From positions 1,920,001 through 1,984,000 of the forward strand of contig OZ219866.1 in NCBI GenBank assembly GCA_964291675.2: DNA of 64,000 nucleotides, in the 5' to 3' direction. The stretch's first letter is position 1. Each line of letters starts with the position of its first letter. Below the pieces are notes generated by a model. It saw nothing but the letters and a program-made list of their open reading frames with translations. It was not told where the DNA came from and ran no database searches. A program made the position numbers and the translations under genes. Shown here one piece after another: positions 19,999 through 29,987 of the stretch. This stretch comes from Alphaproteobacteria bacterium (GTDB lineage Bacteria > Pseudomonadota > Alphaproteobacteria > MPNO01).

Positions 19999-21174
19999 CT
20001 ACAGCAGCGCGTTGTTCGGCGCGAGCCCGGCGGCGATGCGGCCGAACTCGGCGCCGTTGATGTCCCAGGAGAGGTGGATCTGGTGCGCCGCGGCGTGGAT
20101 GTCGCGGTGCTGGCGCTGGAGGTCGCTGGCGAGATAGTTGGCCCTGGCCCCGCAGGCGCCGTGGATCAGGTCGACCGCCTGGACGCAGCAGCGCGCGGCC
20201 CAGGCGCCGTTGCGCCGCCAGCGCGCGCGGTCGATCAGCGGCAGCCGCTCGCGCCCGGCGATCAGCGCCTCGGCCTCCAGGCAGTCCTCGCGCACCAGCA
20301 GGCGCGCGATTTCGACGAGCTGCGCCGCCTCGGCGAGCTTGAGCTGGATCGTCACGTGCTCGGCGACGCGCGAGCGGTTGTAGGTCGAGACCTGCTCCCT
20401 GAGATGGGCGGCGTAGTCGTCATACGCGGCCCGGGCGGCGCCGATCATCGGGGCGGCGACCAGATGCGGGATCAGCGGCAGCAGCGGCAGGCGGTAGGCG
20501 TCGCTCATCCCCTCGGTCTCGGGCGGGTAGCCCTCCCGCGACGGCGCCATGTCGAGCACCATGTGGGCCGGCAGGAACAGATCCTCGCAGGCCACGTCCT
20601 TCGAGCCGGTGCCGACCAGGCCGGAGACCTGCCAGGTGTCGATGATCTCGATGTCGGCGGCGCGCACCAGCACGATGCGCGGGCCGGGCGCGTCGTCCTC
20701 CGGGCCCTGGCCGATCGCGCCCAGCATCATCCAGTCGCTCGAATCCACCCCGCTCGCATAGGGCCAGCGCCCGGTCAGCCGATACCCGCCCTCCGCCGGG
20801 GCGAGCCTGCCGGCGGGGAACACCAGGGTCGAGCCGATCAGCGCGTCGGGGTCCTCGCCCCAGATGTCCTCGGCCGCCCCGGCCGGCCAGTAGGGCAGCA
20901 TCCAGTTATGCGCGACCAGGTTGATATAGACCCAGGAGGTGGCGGCGCAGCCGCGCCCGAGCTCGATGGTCACGTCGATCATCAGCCGGTAATCGGTCTC
21001 CACCCCGCCATAGCGCGCGGGCTTCAAGATGTTCCACAGCCCGGCCGCGCGCAAATCCGCGATCGTCTCGTCGGGGATGCGGCGGATGCGCTCGGCCTCG
21101 GGCGCGCGCTCGCGCAGCACCGGGATCAGGCCGCGCGCGGCGTCGAGGATTTGCTCGCGGGTGGGGTGTGTCAT
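19999..21174 (-). CDS. Flavin-dependent monooxygenase, acyl-CoA dehydrogenase fold (HsaA/HpaB-like)
   Basis: GRW.YASG.D, W...GL.GTGS.D, LQRQHRD.H motifs. Confidence 0.88.
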   Translation of the reverse strand: MTHPTREQILDAARGLIPVLRERAPEAERIRRIPDETIADLRAAGLWNILKPARYGGVETDYRLMIDVTIELGRGCAATSWVYINLVAHNWMLPYWPAGAAEDIWGEDPDALIGSTLVFPAGRLAPAEGGYRLTGRWPYASGVDSSDWMMLGAIGQGPEDDAPGPRIVLVRAADIEIIDTWQVSGLVGTGSKDVACEDLFLPAHMVLDMAPSREGYPPETEGMSDAYRLPLLPLIPHLVAAPMIGAARAAYDDYAAHLREQVSTYNRSRVAEHVTIQLKLAEAAQLVEIARLLVREDCLEAEALIAGRERLPLIDRARWRRNGAWAARCCVQAVDLIHGACGARANYLASDLQRQHRDIHAAAHQIHLSWDINGAEFGRIAAGLAPNNALL

Positions 21175-21254
21175 CGGGCCGGAGTTTAGGAACTCGCCCC
21201 TATGGGGTCCATCGCGGCGATCTCTTATGATGGCGGGGAGACCGGGAGGGACCA

Positions 21255-22250
21255 TTGGCGAACGAGCTGAGGCTGACGCTGGCGTCCGGCGATTACGAGA
21301 GCGTCCGCGCCCTCAAGGAAGGCACGGTGGCGCCCGACGGGGTGGCGCTCAACGTGCTCACCGACATGGACTCCTCCACCCGGCACTGGCGCATGCTGCG
21401 CAACCGCGACTTCGACGTGTGCGAGCTCTCGCTCTCCTCCTATCTGGTGGCCCGGGACCAGGACTATCCGCTGGAGGCCATCCCGGTGTTCCTGCACCGG
21501 CGCTTCCGCCACGGCTTCATCTTCGTCAACACCGAAGCCGGGATCGCCGAGCCCAAGGACCTGATCGGCAGGCGGATCGGCGTAAAGACCTTCCAGACCA
21601 CGGCGATCCTCTGGCTGCGCGGCATGCTGGAGCACGAATACGGCGTGCCGCATACCGAGGTGCACTGGGTCTCCGAGCTGATCGAGGACGTCGAGTTCAC
21701 GCCGAGGCCCGGGCTCAGGCTGGAGCGCGCGCCGGCGGGCCGGCGGGTCGAGGACATGCTGGCCGAGGGCGAGATCGACGCCTGCCTGCACGCCGACGTG
21801 ATCGACCCCATCGTCGACGGCGACCCGCGCGTCGGGCGGCTGTTCGAGAACTATGCCGAGATCGAGCGCGCGTATTTCAGGCGCACCGGCATCTTCCCGA
21901 TCATGCACGTGACGGCGATCCGCCGGGAGCTGGTCGACGCCCATCCCTGGCTGGCGCAGAACCTGATCGACGCCTTCGAAGCATCGAAGGCCGCGTCCTA
22001 TGCCAGGCTCAGGAACCCGCGCATCGTCCCGCTCGCCTGGTACAACAGCTACCGCGACGAGGAGGCCGCGTTCTTCGGCGGCGCGGACCCCTGGCAGTAC
22101 GGGCTCGGCGAGGCCAACCGGCGCAACCTCGAGACCGCCATCGGCTACTCCCACGATTGCGGGCTGATCCGCCGCCGGCTCGCGGTCGACGACATCTTCG
22201 TCGAGCCGGCGAGCGATGCCGGACGGGCGCGGGCGAAGCGGGTACAATGA
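21255..22250 (+). CDS. 4,5-dihydroxyphthalate decarboxylase-like / periplasmic-binding-fold protein
   Basis: FDVCELSLSSY, AIPVFLHRRFRHG, GIFPIMH, DPW.YG motifs; TTG start. Confidence 0.8.
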   Translation: MANELRLTLASGDYESVRALKEGTVAPDGVALNVLTDMDSSTRHWRMLRNRDFDVCELSLSSYLVARDQDYPLEAIPVFLHRRFRHGFIFVNTEAGIAEPKDLIGRRIGVKTFQTTAILWLRGMLEHEYGVPHTEVHWVSELIEDVEFTPRPGLRLERAPAGRRVEDMLAEGEIDACLHADVIDPIVDGDPRVGRLFENYAEIERAYFRRTGIFPIMHVTAIRRELVDAHPWLAQNLIDAFEASKAASYARLRNPRIVPLAWYNSYRDEEAAFFGGADPWQYGLGEANRRNLETAIGYSHDCGLIRRRLAVDDIFVEPASDAGRARAKRVQ

Positions 22251-22278
22251 GCCGCGCGCAACGCAGCGGAGGGCGCCG

Positions 22279-22440
22279 GTGACCGACACCTGGCGCATCA
22301 GGCAGGCGGTAAGGATGCATCTCGCGCGGCCCGACGGCCGGGTCGGGCGGCCGATCCCGCTGCGGACGGCGGCGATCTGGTGGTGCGCGCTGATGGCGAT
22401 CTGCCTGCCGGGCGCGCTCTACTTTCTGGGCTGGCTGTAG
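22279..22440 (+). CDS. Small membrane protein (53 aa)
   Basis: GGAGG RBS then GTG; C-terminal hydrophobic helix. Confidence 0.5.
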   Translation: MTDTWRIRQAVRMHLARPDGRVGRPIPLRTAAIWWCALMAICLPGALYFLGWL

Positions 22441-22477
22441 GCGGCGCTGCGCGCCTCGGCCGCGGCGCCCCTTCACC

Positions 22478-22850
22478 CGTCATGCCCGGACTTGATCCGG
22501 GCACCCATGCGGCCTCTCGGCGCGCACAACGGCCCGTGAGGGGGGGTGGCGCCGGTGGGTGGCCGGATCAAGTCCGGCCATGGGTGCCCGGATCAAGTCC
22601 GGGCATGACGGGGTGGGGAGTAGCGGGGGAGTCGGTGGAGTAACGGGGAGAAGGAGCGGGGGGCGGACGTCACGGGGGGCGGCGCGGCGGCGCGGTGGAA
22701 CCTGCGTCGCGCCCGCCGGCGATCCCCGGCGTCGCGCCCGAACGTCGGAACGCTCGCCATGCTTCCCCACCTCGTCATGCACCCGCCGTCATGCCTCCCC
22801 CCTCGTCATGCCCGGCCCCCGGATCGAGTCCGGGGGTGATCCGGGCACCC
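22478..22850. repeat. REP mosaic, inverted relative to 440-810
   Basis: Same REP halves and inner block. Confidence 0.85.
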
Positions 22851-22864
22851 GCTGGCGCCGGGCG

Positions 22865-23704
22865 TCAGGCTGCGCTCCGCCCCTCGGCGGAAGCGAAGAA
22901 CGCCGCGAGCTCGCGGTTGAAGGCGTCGGGCTCCTCGAGATTGACCGCATGCCCGGTGTCGGGCGCGATCCAGAGGCCGCAATCCCGGATCGTGCGCTTG
23001 AGGAAGATGCCGGTCTCCAGGCAGTCGCCGTCGGTGTCGCCGGAGACCACGAGCACCGGCATCGGCAGCGCGGCGAGCCCGGCGGCGAAGTCCCAGAGCG
23101 AGGGGCGGGCGCCCTGCACGTGGCGCATGTGCATCGCCGCCCCGAGCGCCGAGTGGCCGGCGAACTGCGCGAGATACTCCTCGAACCCGCGCCGGTCCTT
23201 GCGCTTGAGCGTGAGCCTCGCCTCGGTGTCGCTGTACTCGGCGGCGAAGGCCGGCATGCCGATGCGCTCGATGCGCTCGGCATTGGCGCGCGCGGCGGCC
23301 GCGAACCCGGCGTGGCTGTCGGGCGGCGCGCCGTAGCCGCAGCCGGCGACCGTCAGCGTGCGGGCGCGGGCGGCGTGGCGCAGCCCGAAATGGAGCGCGG
23401 CGAAGCCGCCCATCGAGAGGCCGACGATATGGGCGCGCGCGATCGCGAAACGGTCGAGCACGGCGGCGATGTCGTCGGCTGCCCTCGCCTGGCCGTAGGC
23501 CGACGGATCGTCCGGCACGTCGGAGGGCGCATAGCCGCGCGCGTTGAAGGCGATGCAGCGATAGCGCCGGGCGAAATGGCGGAGCTGCGGCTCCCAGCTC
23601 GCCACGTCGCCGGCGAACTCGTGGACGAACACGACCGGGTAGCCGGTGCCGGCCTCCTCGCAGTAGAGCCGGACGCCGCCGGCCTCGGCGAAGCTGCCGC
23701 TCAC
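22865..23704 (-). CDS. Alpha/beta hydrolase
   Basis: HEFAGD, GLSMGG, GH motifs. Confidence 0.9.
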   Translation of the reverse strand: MSGSFAEAGGVRLYCEEAGTGYPVVFVHEFAGDVASWEPQLRHFARRYRCIAFNARGYAPSDVPDDPSAYGQARAADDIAAVLDRFAIARAHIVGLSMGGFAALHFGLRHAARARTLTVAGCGYGAPPDSHAGFAAAARANAERIERIGMPAFAAEYSDTEARLTLKRKDRRGFEEYLAQFAGHSALGAAMHMRHVQGARPSLWDFAAGLAALPMPVLVVSGDTDGDCLETGIFLKRTIRDCGLWIAPDTGHAVNLEEPDAFNRELAAFFASAEGRSAA

Positions 23705-24444
23705 GAGCCCGCCGCCGGGCAGTGCGCCGCACCCAGGATCGGCCCCGCCGCGCCGGCCTGGACGATCACCGCGCAGCCCCGCTTCGCGTCATTCGCGACC
23801 GAGGCCACGTCGATAATCCGGTCCTTGCCGTTCCACTCGCCGATGCGGCGCATCTCGGTCACGATATTGTGGTTGACCAGCAGCTTGCCGTGGTTCTCGC
23901 CGCGCAGCACCCGGGTGGCCTCGCGGCGCAGGAACGACACCAGCCAGACGCCGCCGGCGCGGTCCGGCCCGCGCTTCAGCGAAACCTTGAGCCCGCCGCC
24001 CTCGGCCACCGCGGCGACCGCGACGCGCGAGCCTGCGCGGGCCCGCGCGTCCTCGATCGCCATCTCGACCGCCCCCTCGCGGCTGCCCACCGCCTCCAAC
24101 CTGCCGTCCACGACCATCTGCGGGGTATAGACCCCCGTTCGCCCGCGGATCTGCACGTTGTAATCCCGCTGACGCGCCGTGAAGGCGGGGCTTGAGTAGG
24201 GGTCCTTCCACTTGCCCGCCGACCCATAGGTCAGATTGTCCCAATAATCGACGTGGAATTCGAGGGCGAGGACTCCGTCGCGATCGGCGAGCTCGCCGAG
24301 GAAGCGCTCGGCCGGCGGGCAGGAATAGCAGCCCTGCGAGGTGAACAGCTCGACGACGGTGGGGCCGTCGGCGCGGGCGGTCCCGGCGCCCGCCGCGAGG
24401 GCGGCGAACAGCGGCGCGAGGGCGAGCAGGCGGCGCATGGACAT
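23701..24444 (-). CDS. DUF1223 family secreted thioredoxin-like protein
   Basis: Signal peptide; VVELFTSQGCYSCPPA, HVDYWD, YTPQ. Confidence 0.92.
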   Translation of the reverse strand: MSMRRLLALAPLFAALAAGAGTARADGPTVVELFTSQGCYSCPPAERFLGELADRDGVLALEFHVDYWDNLTYGSAGKWKDPYSSPAFTARQRDYNVQIRGRTGVYTPQMVVDGRLEAVGSREGAVEMAIEDARARAGSRVAVAAVAEGGGLKVSLKRGPDRAGGVWLVSFLRREATRVLRGENHGKLLVNHNIVTEMRRIGEWNGKDRIIDVASVANDAKRGCAVIVQAGAAGPILGAAHCPAAGS

Positions 24445-24568
24445 GGGGTCTCTCCTCCATCGGCGGCGATGCGACTCCATATCGGTCGGGCGCCGCGCGT
24501 TGGCAAGCCCCCGGGTGGCGGCAGTAGAATGGCGGGCGCGCGCAAGGCCGCATCGGAGGAGCATCGCG

Positions 24569-25531
24569 ATGAAGCTGCTGACCCTGGACACCGGCGGGAA
24601 GGGCCATCCCGGCGTCTTGCTCGACGAAGACACGGTGCTCGATCTCGCGCTCGCCGCCGACCGCCTGCCCGAGGCCCGCCTGGTGCCCGGCAGCGTGCGC
24701 CGGATCTTCGCCGCCGGCGAGGACGGGCTGGAGGCGGTGCGCCGCGCGGCGGGCGCCGTCGCCTCGCTGGCCGGCGCCGAGCGCGACCGGCTGCGCGAGA
24801 CCGGCGCGCTCCGGGGCTTCGCCGATGCGCCGCTGCTCGCCCCGGTCCCCGACCCCTCGCTGATCCTCTCCGAGGGGCTCAACTACCGCCGCCATCTGGA
24901 GGAGATGTCGGGCACGCCGACTCCGCCCAACCCGACCGCCTTCATCAAGGCGGCGTGCTCGCTGACCGGCTCCGGCAAGCCGATCCCGGTGCCGCCGCAA
25001 TGCCCCGACATGATCGACTACGAGGGCGAGTTCACCTTCGTGGTGGGGCGGCGCTGCCACCGTGTGTCCGTAGACGAGGCGCTGGAATGCATCGGCGGCT
25101 ACACGATCTGCAACGACGTGTCGGCGCGCGACTGGGTGGGCGAGGTGTTCGAGGCCGAGCAAAAGTTCGGCATCATCCAGGCCTGGGAACGCAACATCAT
25201 GGGCAAGCAGCTTCCCGGCTTCACCCCCTGCGGCCCGGTGGCGGTCACCGCCGACGAGATCGCCGACCCGCACGACCTCCAGCTCACCACCACGCTGAAC
25301 GGCGAGATCGTGCAGTCGACCGGGACCGACGATTTGATCTACGGCGTCGGCGAGATCCTCTCCTATTTCTCGCGCTGGTACCGGTTCGAGCCCGGCGACC
25401 TGGTGACCACCGGCTCGCCCGCCGGCGTCGGCTTCGGCCGCGAGCCCAAGCTGTTCATGCAGTCGGGCGACCGCATCGAGGTCGAGATCGAGGGCATCGG
25501 CCGGCTGAGCAACGTGCTCGCGTCCGGCTAA
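24569..25531 (+). CDS. Fumarylacetoacetate hydrolase family protein
   Basis: GLNY..H, DYEGE, NDVSARD, TGSPAGVG motifs. Confidence 0.93.
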   Translation: MKLLTLDTGGKGHPGVLLDEDTVLDLALAADRLPEARLVPGSVRRIFAAGEDGLEAVRRAAGAVASLAGAERDRLRETGALRGFADAPLLAPVPDPSLILSEGLNYRRHLEEMSGTPTPPNPTAFIKAACSLTGSGKPIPVPPQCPDMIDYEGEFTFVVGRRCHRVSVDEALECIGGYTICNDVSARDWVGEVFEAEQKFGIIQAWERNIMGKQLPGFTPCGPVAVTADEIADPHDLQLTTTLNGEIVQSTGTDDLIYGVGEILSYFSRWYRFEPGDLVTTGSPAGVGFGREPKLFMQSGDRIEVEIEGIGRLSNVLASG

Positions 25532-25554
25532 CGCGGCCGGCCCTCCCCGGTCCC

Positions 25555-26424
25555 GTGGCGGGGCGCGCTCCCTCGGCGCTCGGCGGCGTCGCGTGGATGA
25601 CGCTGGCGGCGTTCTTCTTCGCGATGCTGATCGTCGCCGGGCGCCGGCTGAGCCACCTGCCGCCGGTCGAGATCGCCTTCTTCCAGACCGGCGGGGCGGT
25701 GGCCTGTCTGCTGCCCTGGCTGGTGGCCAGGGGACCGGGCGGGCTGAGGACCGCCAACCTCGCCATGCACCTGGTCCGGGGGCTCGCCGCCTTCGCCGGC
25801 ATGTCGGCCCTGTTCTACGCCGCCCGCTTCACACCGGCGGCCGACATCACGGCGCTGCTCTTCCTCTCGGTCCTGTGCACCGTCCTGCTCGCCGCGGCGT
25901 TCCTCGGGGAGCGGGTGGGGCTCGGGCGCTTCATCGCCATCCTGGTCGGCTTCGCCGGCGCGCTGATCGTCATCCGGCCCGGCTTCGAGGCCGCCTCCTG
26001 GCCGGCGCTGATCATGCTGTTCGTCGCGCTCGCCTTCGGCGCGGTCAACACCGCGACCCGCTTTCTCGCCGGCACCGAAGACCCCAACGCGATCGTCTTC
26101 TACATGTACGGGCTGATGTGCCTCTATGCGCTGGTGCCGACGATGCTGCTCTGGCAGACCCCGTACTGGGCGGACGTGCCGTGGCTCGCCGCGACCGGGG
26201 TGTTTTCGGCCATCGCCCAGCAGGGCATCACCCGCTCGCTGTCGATGGCGCCCACGGCGGTCGCCATGCCGGCCTACTACCTGCAGCTCCCCTTCGCCGC
26301 GATCGCCGGGTATGTCCTGTTCGGCGAGGCGCCCGATGCGTGGATCTGGCTCGGCGCGGCGGTAATCTGCGGGGCGACCTACTACGTCATCCGCACCGCC
26401 CCGCCGGAGCGGCGCCGGGGCTAG
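25555..26424 (+). CDS. DMT/EamA transporter (start uncertain)
   Basis: About 10 TM helices; FLGE, IRPG, FGE.P motifs. Confidence 0.88.
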   Translation: MAGRAPSALGGVAWMTLAAFFFAMLIVAGRRLSHLPPVEIAFFQTGGAVACLLPWLVARGPGGLRTANLAMHLVRGLAAFAGMSALFYAARFTPAADITALLFLSVLCTVLLAAAFLGERVGLGRFIAILVGFAGALIVIRPGFEAASWPALIMLFVALAFGAVNTATRFLAGTEDPNAIVFYMYGLMCLYALVPTMLLWQTPYWADVPWLAATGVFSAIAQQGITRSLSMAPTAVAMPAYYLQLPFAAIAGYVLFGEAPDAWIWLGAAVICGATYYVIRTAPPERRRG

Positions 26425-26891
26425 TTGGCGGCGGGCTCCGATATCCTCATGAGCAGGATGTCGAGCTTGCCGTCGATCTGGTCAAGCCTGGCGTCCATCT
26501 GGTCCAGCCTGGCGTCCATCCGGTCCAGCCTCGCGTGCATCTGGTCCAGCCTGGCGTCCATCCGCTCCAGCTTCTCGTCCATCCGGTCGAGCCTGTCGTC
26601 CACCCGGTCGAGCCTGTCGTCCACCCGGTTGAACCTGGTATCGACCTGCCTGAACAGCTCAAGGGCGGTGTCCGCCCGGCTGTCGAGCCGGGCGACCTCG
26701 GACCCGGTCTGCTTCTCGACGCGATCTATGGCGGATTCGGCGACCGCGGACACCTTCTCCATCTCGGCTCTTTGCCGGGCGTCCTGCGCGTTGAGCGCCC
26801 AGACGCCCAGCCCGCCCACCGTGCCGAGCAGGGCGAGAATGAAGAGGCCGAAGCTCCAGTAGCCGCTCTGCTTCTTGAGCCATTCGCGCAT
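26421..26891 (-). CDS. Single-TM protein with a heptad-repeat coiled coil
   Basis: TM helix then RLD(R/Q)(M/V)D(A/D) repeats encoded by 21-bp tandem repeats. Confidence 0.75.
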   Translation of the reverse strand: MREWLKKQSGYWSFGLFILALLGTVGGLGVWALNAQDARQRAEMEKVSAVAESAIDRVEKQTGSEVARLDSRADTALELFRQVDTRFNRVDDRLDRVDDRLDRMDEKLERMDARLDQMHARLDRMDARLDQMDARLDQIDGKLDILLMRISEPAAN

Positions 26892-27023
26892 GGGTTGAGT
26901 ATGTGTCCGGCATGGCTGAGCGTCAAGGGAATCCCGCCCGGGCGGCCCGACTTCCTGCCGCCCCGATTGGTCCCCGCGCCGCCGCCGGGTACAGTCCCGC
27001 CGGCCACAGCGGTCGGAGGGACG

Positions 27024-27428
27024 ATGACGGACGAAGAGGTCGCCGCCGTGTTCGAGCGCCTGCCCGCGCTGGTCAACGGCGACATCGCGCTGGTCAGGCG
27101 GGGCAGGCATCTGACGACGCGCTTTCTCCTCGGCGCCGGGGCGCTGCCGGTGCTGGTCGCCCTGCGGGAAGGCGCGGTCGCCGATGTCGCGGTCTCGCCG
27201 CCGCCTATGCAGTCGTGGCGCTTCGCAATCCGCGCCGGCGCCGATGCCTGGCGCCGGTTCTGGCAGGCGGAGCCCGAGCCCGGCTATCACGACCTGCTGG
27301 CGATGACCCGCTTCGGCACCGCCCGCATCGAGGGCGATCTGCATCCGCTGATGGCCAACCTGCGCTACGTCAAGGAGGTGCTGGAGGCGCCGCGCCGCGC
27401 GGGGCTCGGAGGCGGCGATGGCGCTTGA
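27024..27428 (+). CDS. Hypothetical protein, possibly SCP2-like fold
   Basis: GGAGG RBS; IEGDL.PLMANL motif; overlaps the downstream hydrolase. Confidence 0.7.
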   Translation: MTDEEVAAVFERLPALVNGDIALVRRGRHLTTRFLLGAGALPVLVALREGAVADVAVSPPPMQSWRFAIRAGADAWRRFWQAEPEPGYHDLLAMTRFGTARIEGDLHPLMANLRYVKEVLEAPRRAGLGGGDGA

Positions 27429-28266
27429 GTTCGAACCGATCGCCGGGCGCTACGCGACGCTCGAGCTCGACGGCCGCCCCTGCCGGCTCTACTTCGAGGA
27501 GGCGGGGCGGGGGATCCCGCTCTTGTGCCTGCACACCGCCGGCGCCGACACCCGGCAGTACCGCCACCTGATGACGGACGAGGCGGTCACCGAACACTAC
27601 CGCGTGATCGCCTTCGACATGCCGTGGCACGGCAAGTCGTTCCCGCCGCCGGGCTACCAGGACGAGGAGTACAGGCTCACGACCGACTCCTATACCGGCG
27701 CGATCCTCGCCGTCGCCGACGCGCTGGAGCTCGACCGCCCGGTGCTGCTGGGCTGCTCGATCGGCGGGCGGATCGTGCTCGACATCGCCGCCCGCCACGC
27801 CGGGCGGTTCCGCGCGCTGATCGGACTCCAGGCCGCCGACCACCAGACCCCGTGGTACGACGCCCAGTGGCTGCACCGCCCCGACGTGCATGGCGGGGAG
27901 GTCTCGGCGGCGCTGGTCTCCGGCCTCGTCGCGCCCCAGGCACCGGAAATCCACCGCTGGGAGACGCTCTGGGCCTATCTGCAAAGCGGGCCGGGCGTGT
28001 TCCGCGGCGACCTCCATTTCTACCGCGAGGACTCCGACTTCCGCGACCGCACCCATTCGATCGACACCGCGCGCTGCCCGCTCTATCTGCTGACCGGCGC
28101 CTACGACTACTCCTGCACGCCGGAGGACACGCTCCGCACCGCCGCGGCGATCCCCGGTGCGCGCGTCGAGATCATGCCGGCGCTCGGCCACTTCCCGATG
28201 AGCGAGAACCCCGAACGCTTCCGCCAGCACATCCTGCCGGTGCTCGACGAGATCCGGGGGGCCTGA
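27418..28266 (+). CDS. Alpha/beta hydrolase
   Basis: LHTAGAD, GCSIGG, GHFPMSE motifs. Confidence 0.9.
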   Translation: MALEFEPIAGRYATLELDGRPCRLYFEEAGRGIPLLCLHTAGADTRQYRHLMTDEAVTEHYRVIAFDMPWHGKSFPPPGYQDEEYRLTTDSYTGAILAVADALELDRPVLLGCSIGGRIVLDIAARHAGRFRALIGLQAADHQTPWYDAQWLHRPDVHGGEVSAALVSGLVAPQAPEIHRWETLWAYLQSGPGVFRGDLHFYREDSDFRDRTHSIDTARCPLYLLTGAYDYSCTPEDTLRTAAAIPGARVEIMPALGHFPMSENPERFRQHILPVLDEIRGA

Positions 28267-28345
28267 CGCGCCTTCGTCGTATCGACGGGAGCCGGGACGT
28301 CGCGCCGTCCGATTGCCGGCGGGGATCCTGGTCAATCGGTCAGGG

Positions 28346-28531
28346 TCATTCTTCCGCGGTGGGGGGCAATCCGAACCGGCCACGAAACTCGCCGCGGAGC
28401 TCGGACAGCTCCCGCGCCAGGTCGTCGATTCGGCCATCCATTGCGCGCATGTCCCGATGCAGGCCCCAGAGGAAAGCGAGAACGGCGAGGACGCCGGCCA
28501 GATTCACATATCCCAAGGTCTCGGGACTCAT
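28346..28531 (-). CDS. Small TM plus coiled-coil protein (61 aa)
   Basis: Hydrophobic helix followed by RIDDLARELSELRGE. Confidence 0.6.
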   Translation of the reverse strand: MSPETLGYVNLAGVLAVLAFLWGLHRDMRAMDGRIDDLARELSELRGEFRGRFGLPPTAEE

Positions 28532-28714
28532 TGTCACGCTCCCGCTTTCGCTACCCCGAACATGCACTCCGAAGAGATGGAATTCAATCTATGGGGGCAA
28601 GGCGGCCCTGTCCATGCAACCAACTCTCGGGCGTCGTCGGTCTGCCCGACCGTGAGCGATCGAGTGAGAGCGTCGCGGACTTCCCGGGGTGAGACAACGA
28701 CTGTGACATCGGCT

Positions 28715-28993
28715 TCAGAGTGAAAGCGTCCGTGTGCGAGCATTGCCCATCGTGTAGCTGACACGGAGCGCGCCGGGCGAGCCGATTCGGATCAGATGCA
28801 GGTGTCCCTTCGGAGCGGCTTCAATTGCCGCTTGCATGGCGTCTTCCGGCCACCGGCCGCGATATGCCTCGCCTGTCTTCACGTCGATCACGACGTGATG
28901 ATTGTGGAATTTCCGCTCGAATTCCCTGCGGTATTTCTCGTCGTAAATCCTCTCCGCCGCCGTCGCGATCTCCGCCGGCGTCATTTGCGACAT
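28715..28993 (-). CDS. Small DUF5678-like protein
   Basis: IY..KYR..FE......VVIDV.TGE.Y...D...A.....P...HLIRIG pattern; GGAGG RBS. Confidence 0.65.
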   Translation of the reverse strand: MSQMTPAEIATAAERIYDEKYRREFERKFHNHHVVIDVKTGEAYRGRWPEDAMQAAIEAAPKGHLHLIRIGSPGALRVSYTMGNARTRTLSL

Positions 28994-29162
28994 GGCTGGA
29001 TCCTCCCTTTCCTGGCGCCGAGAGCGGTGAGGTGAAGGCCACTGGACGAATATAGGACGAAAAATGGAAAACCGGCGCAAAACCCTGTGAACAGGGGGGC
29101 GTTCCCGAAGCGGCGCCAGGCCGAGTCGAGGGCCGGCCCCGAGCGCTTCGAAGGACGCCCCC

Positions 29163-29981
29163 CTACTCGGCGAAAAAATCCGCCACCAGGCGGCAGAAGC
29201 GCTCGTTCCGCTCGATCTGGGTCCAGTGGCCGCATTGCCCGAACACGTGGAGCTGCGAGCGCGGGATCAGGCGGTGGAGCGCGATCGAGGACTCCAGCGG
29301 GACGATCCGGTCGTCGCGGCCGTGCACGATCAGGGTCTCGTGCTGGAGGCCGCGCAGGGTCTCCTCGCTCTGCGCCATCGCCTCGACATGGCGCTGGCGC
29401 GGCGCCGGGAACATGGACGCATACGATTCCTGGTAGCCCGGCCGGATGCTCGCCTCGTAGCGCAGCCGGACCAGCTCGTCGGTCGCGATCGAGGAGTCCC
29501 AGGCGAACAGCCCGACCAGCTCGCGCATCCGCTCGGGCGAGGGCTCGTAGCCCCACACCGCATCCAGCCCGGGCGTGATCTCGAACGCGTAGCCGGCCGA
29601 GCCCATCAGCACCAGCCGGCCGACCCGCTCCGGGCGGGCCGCCGCCATCGCCAGCGCGAGCCCGCCGCCGAAGGAGTTGCCGACGATGGAGCAGGTCCCG
29701 ATCCCGAGCGCATCGAGCACCGCGAAGGCGTGGTCGCGCCAGTACGGCATCGCATAGACCGCGCCCGCCGGGCGCTCGGTATAGCCAAAGCCCACGATAT
29801 CCGGCGCGATTACGCGGAAGCGGTCCTCCAGCCGGGGCAGCACCGTGCGCCAGTTGGCCCAGGCGGTCACCCCCGGCCCGGAGCCGTGCAGCAGCAGCAC
29901 CGGCGCACCCGCGCCCCGGTCGTGCAGATTGGTCGCGATGCCCCCGGCATCGACGGTGCGGCCGATCTCGGGGTCGGTCAT
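29163..29981 (-). CDS. Meta-cleavage product hydrolase (2-hydroxymuconate semialdehyde hydrolase-like)
   Basis: HGSGPGVTAWANW, GNSFGG, HGRDD, CGHWTQIE motifs. Confidence 0.92.
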   Translation of the reverse strand: MTDPEIGRTVDAGGIATNLHDRGAGAPVLLLHGSGPGVTAWANWRTVLPRLEDRFRVIAPDIVGFGYTERPAGAVYAMPYWRDHAFAVLDALGIGTCSIVGNSFGGGLALAMAAARPERVGRLVLMGSAGYAFEITPGLDAVWGYEPSPERMRELVGLFAWDSSIATDELVRLRYEASIRPGYQESYASMFPAPRQRHVEAMAQSEETLRGLQHETLIVHGRDDRIVPLESSIALHRLIPRSQLHVFGQCGHWTQIERNERFCRLVADFFAE

Positions 29982-29987
29982 GCGCTG

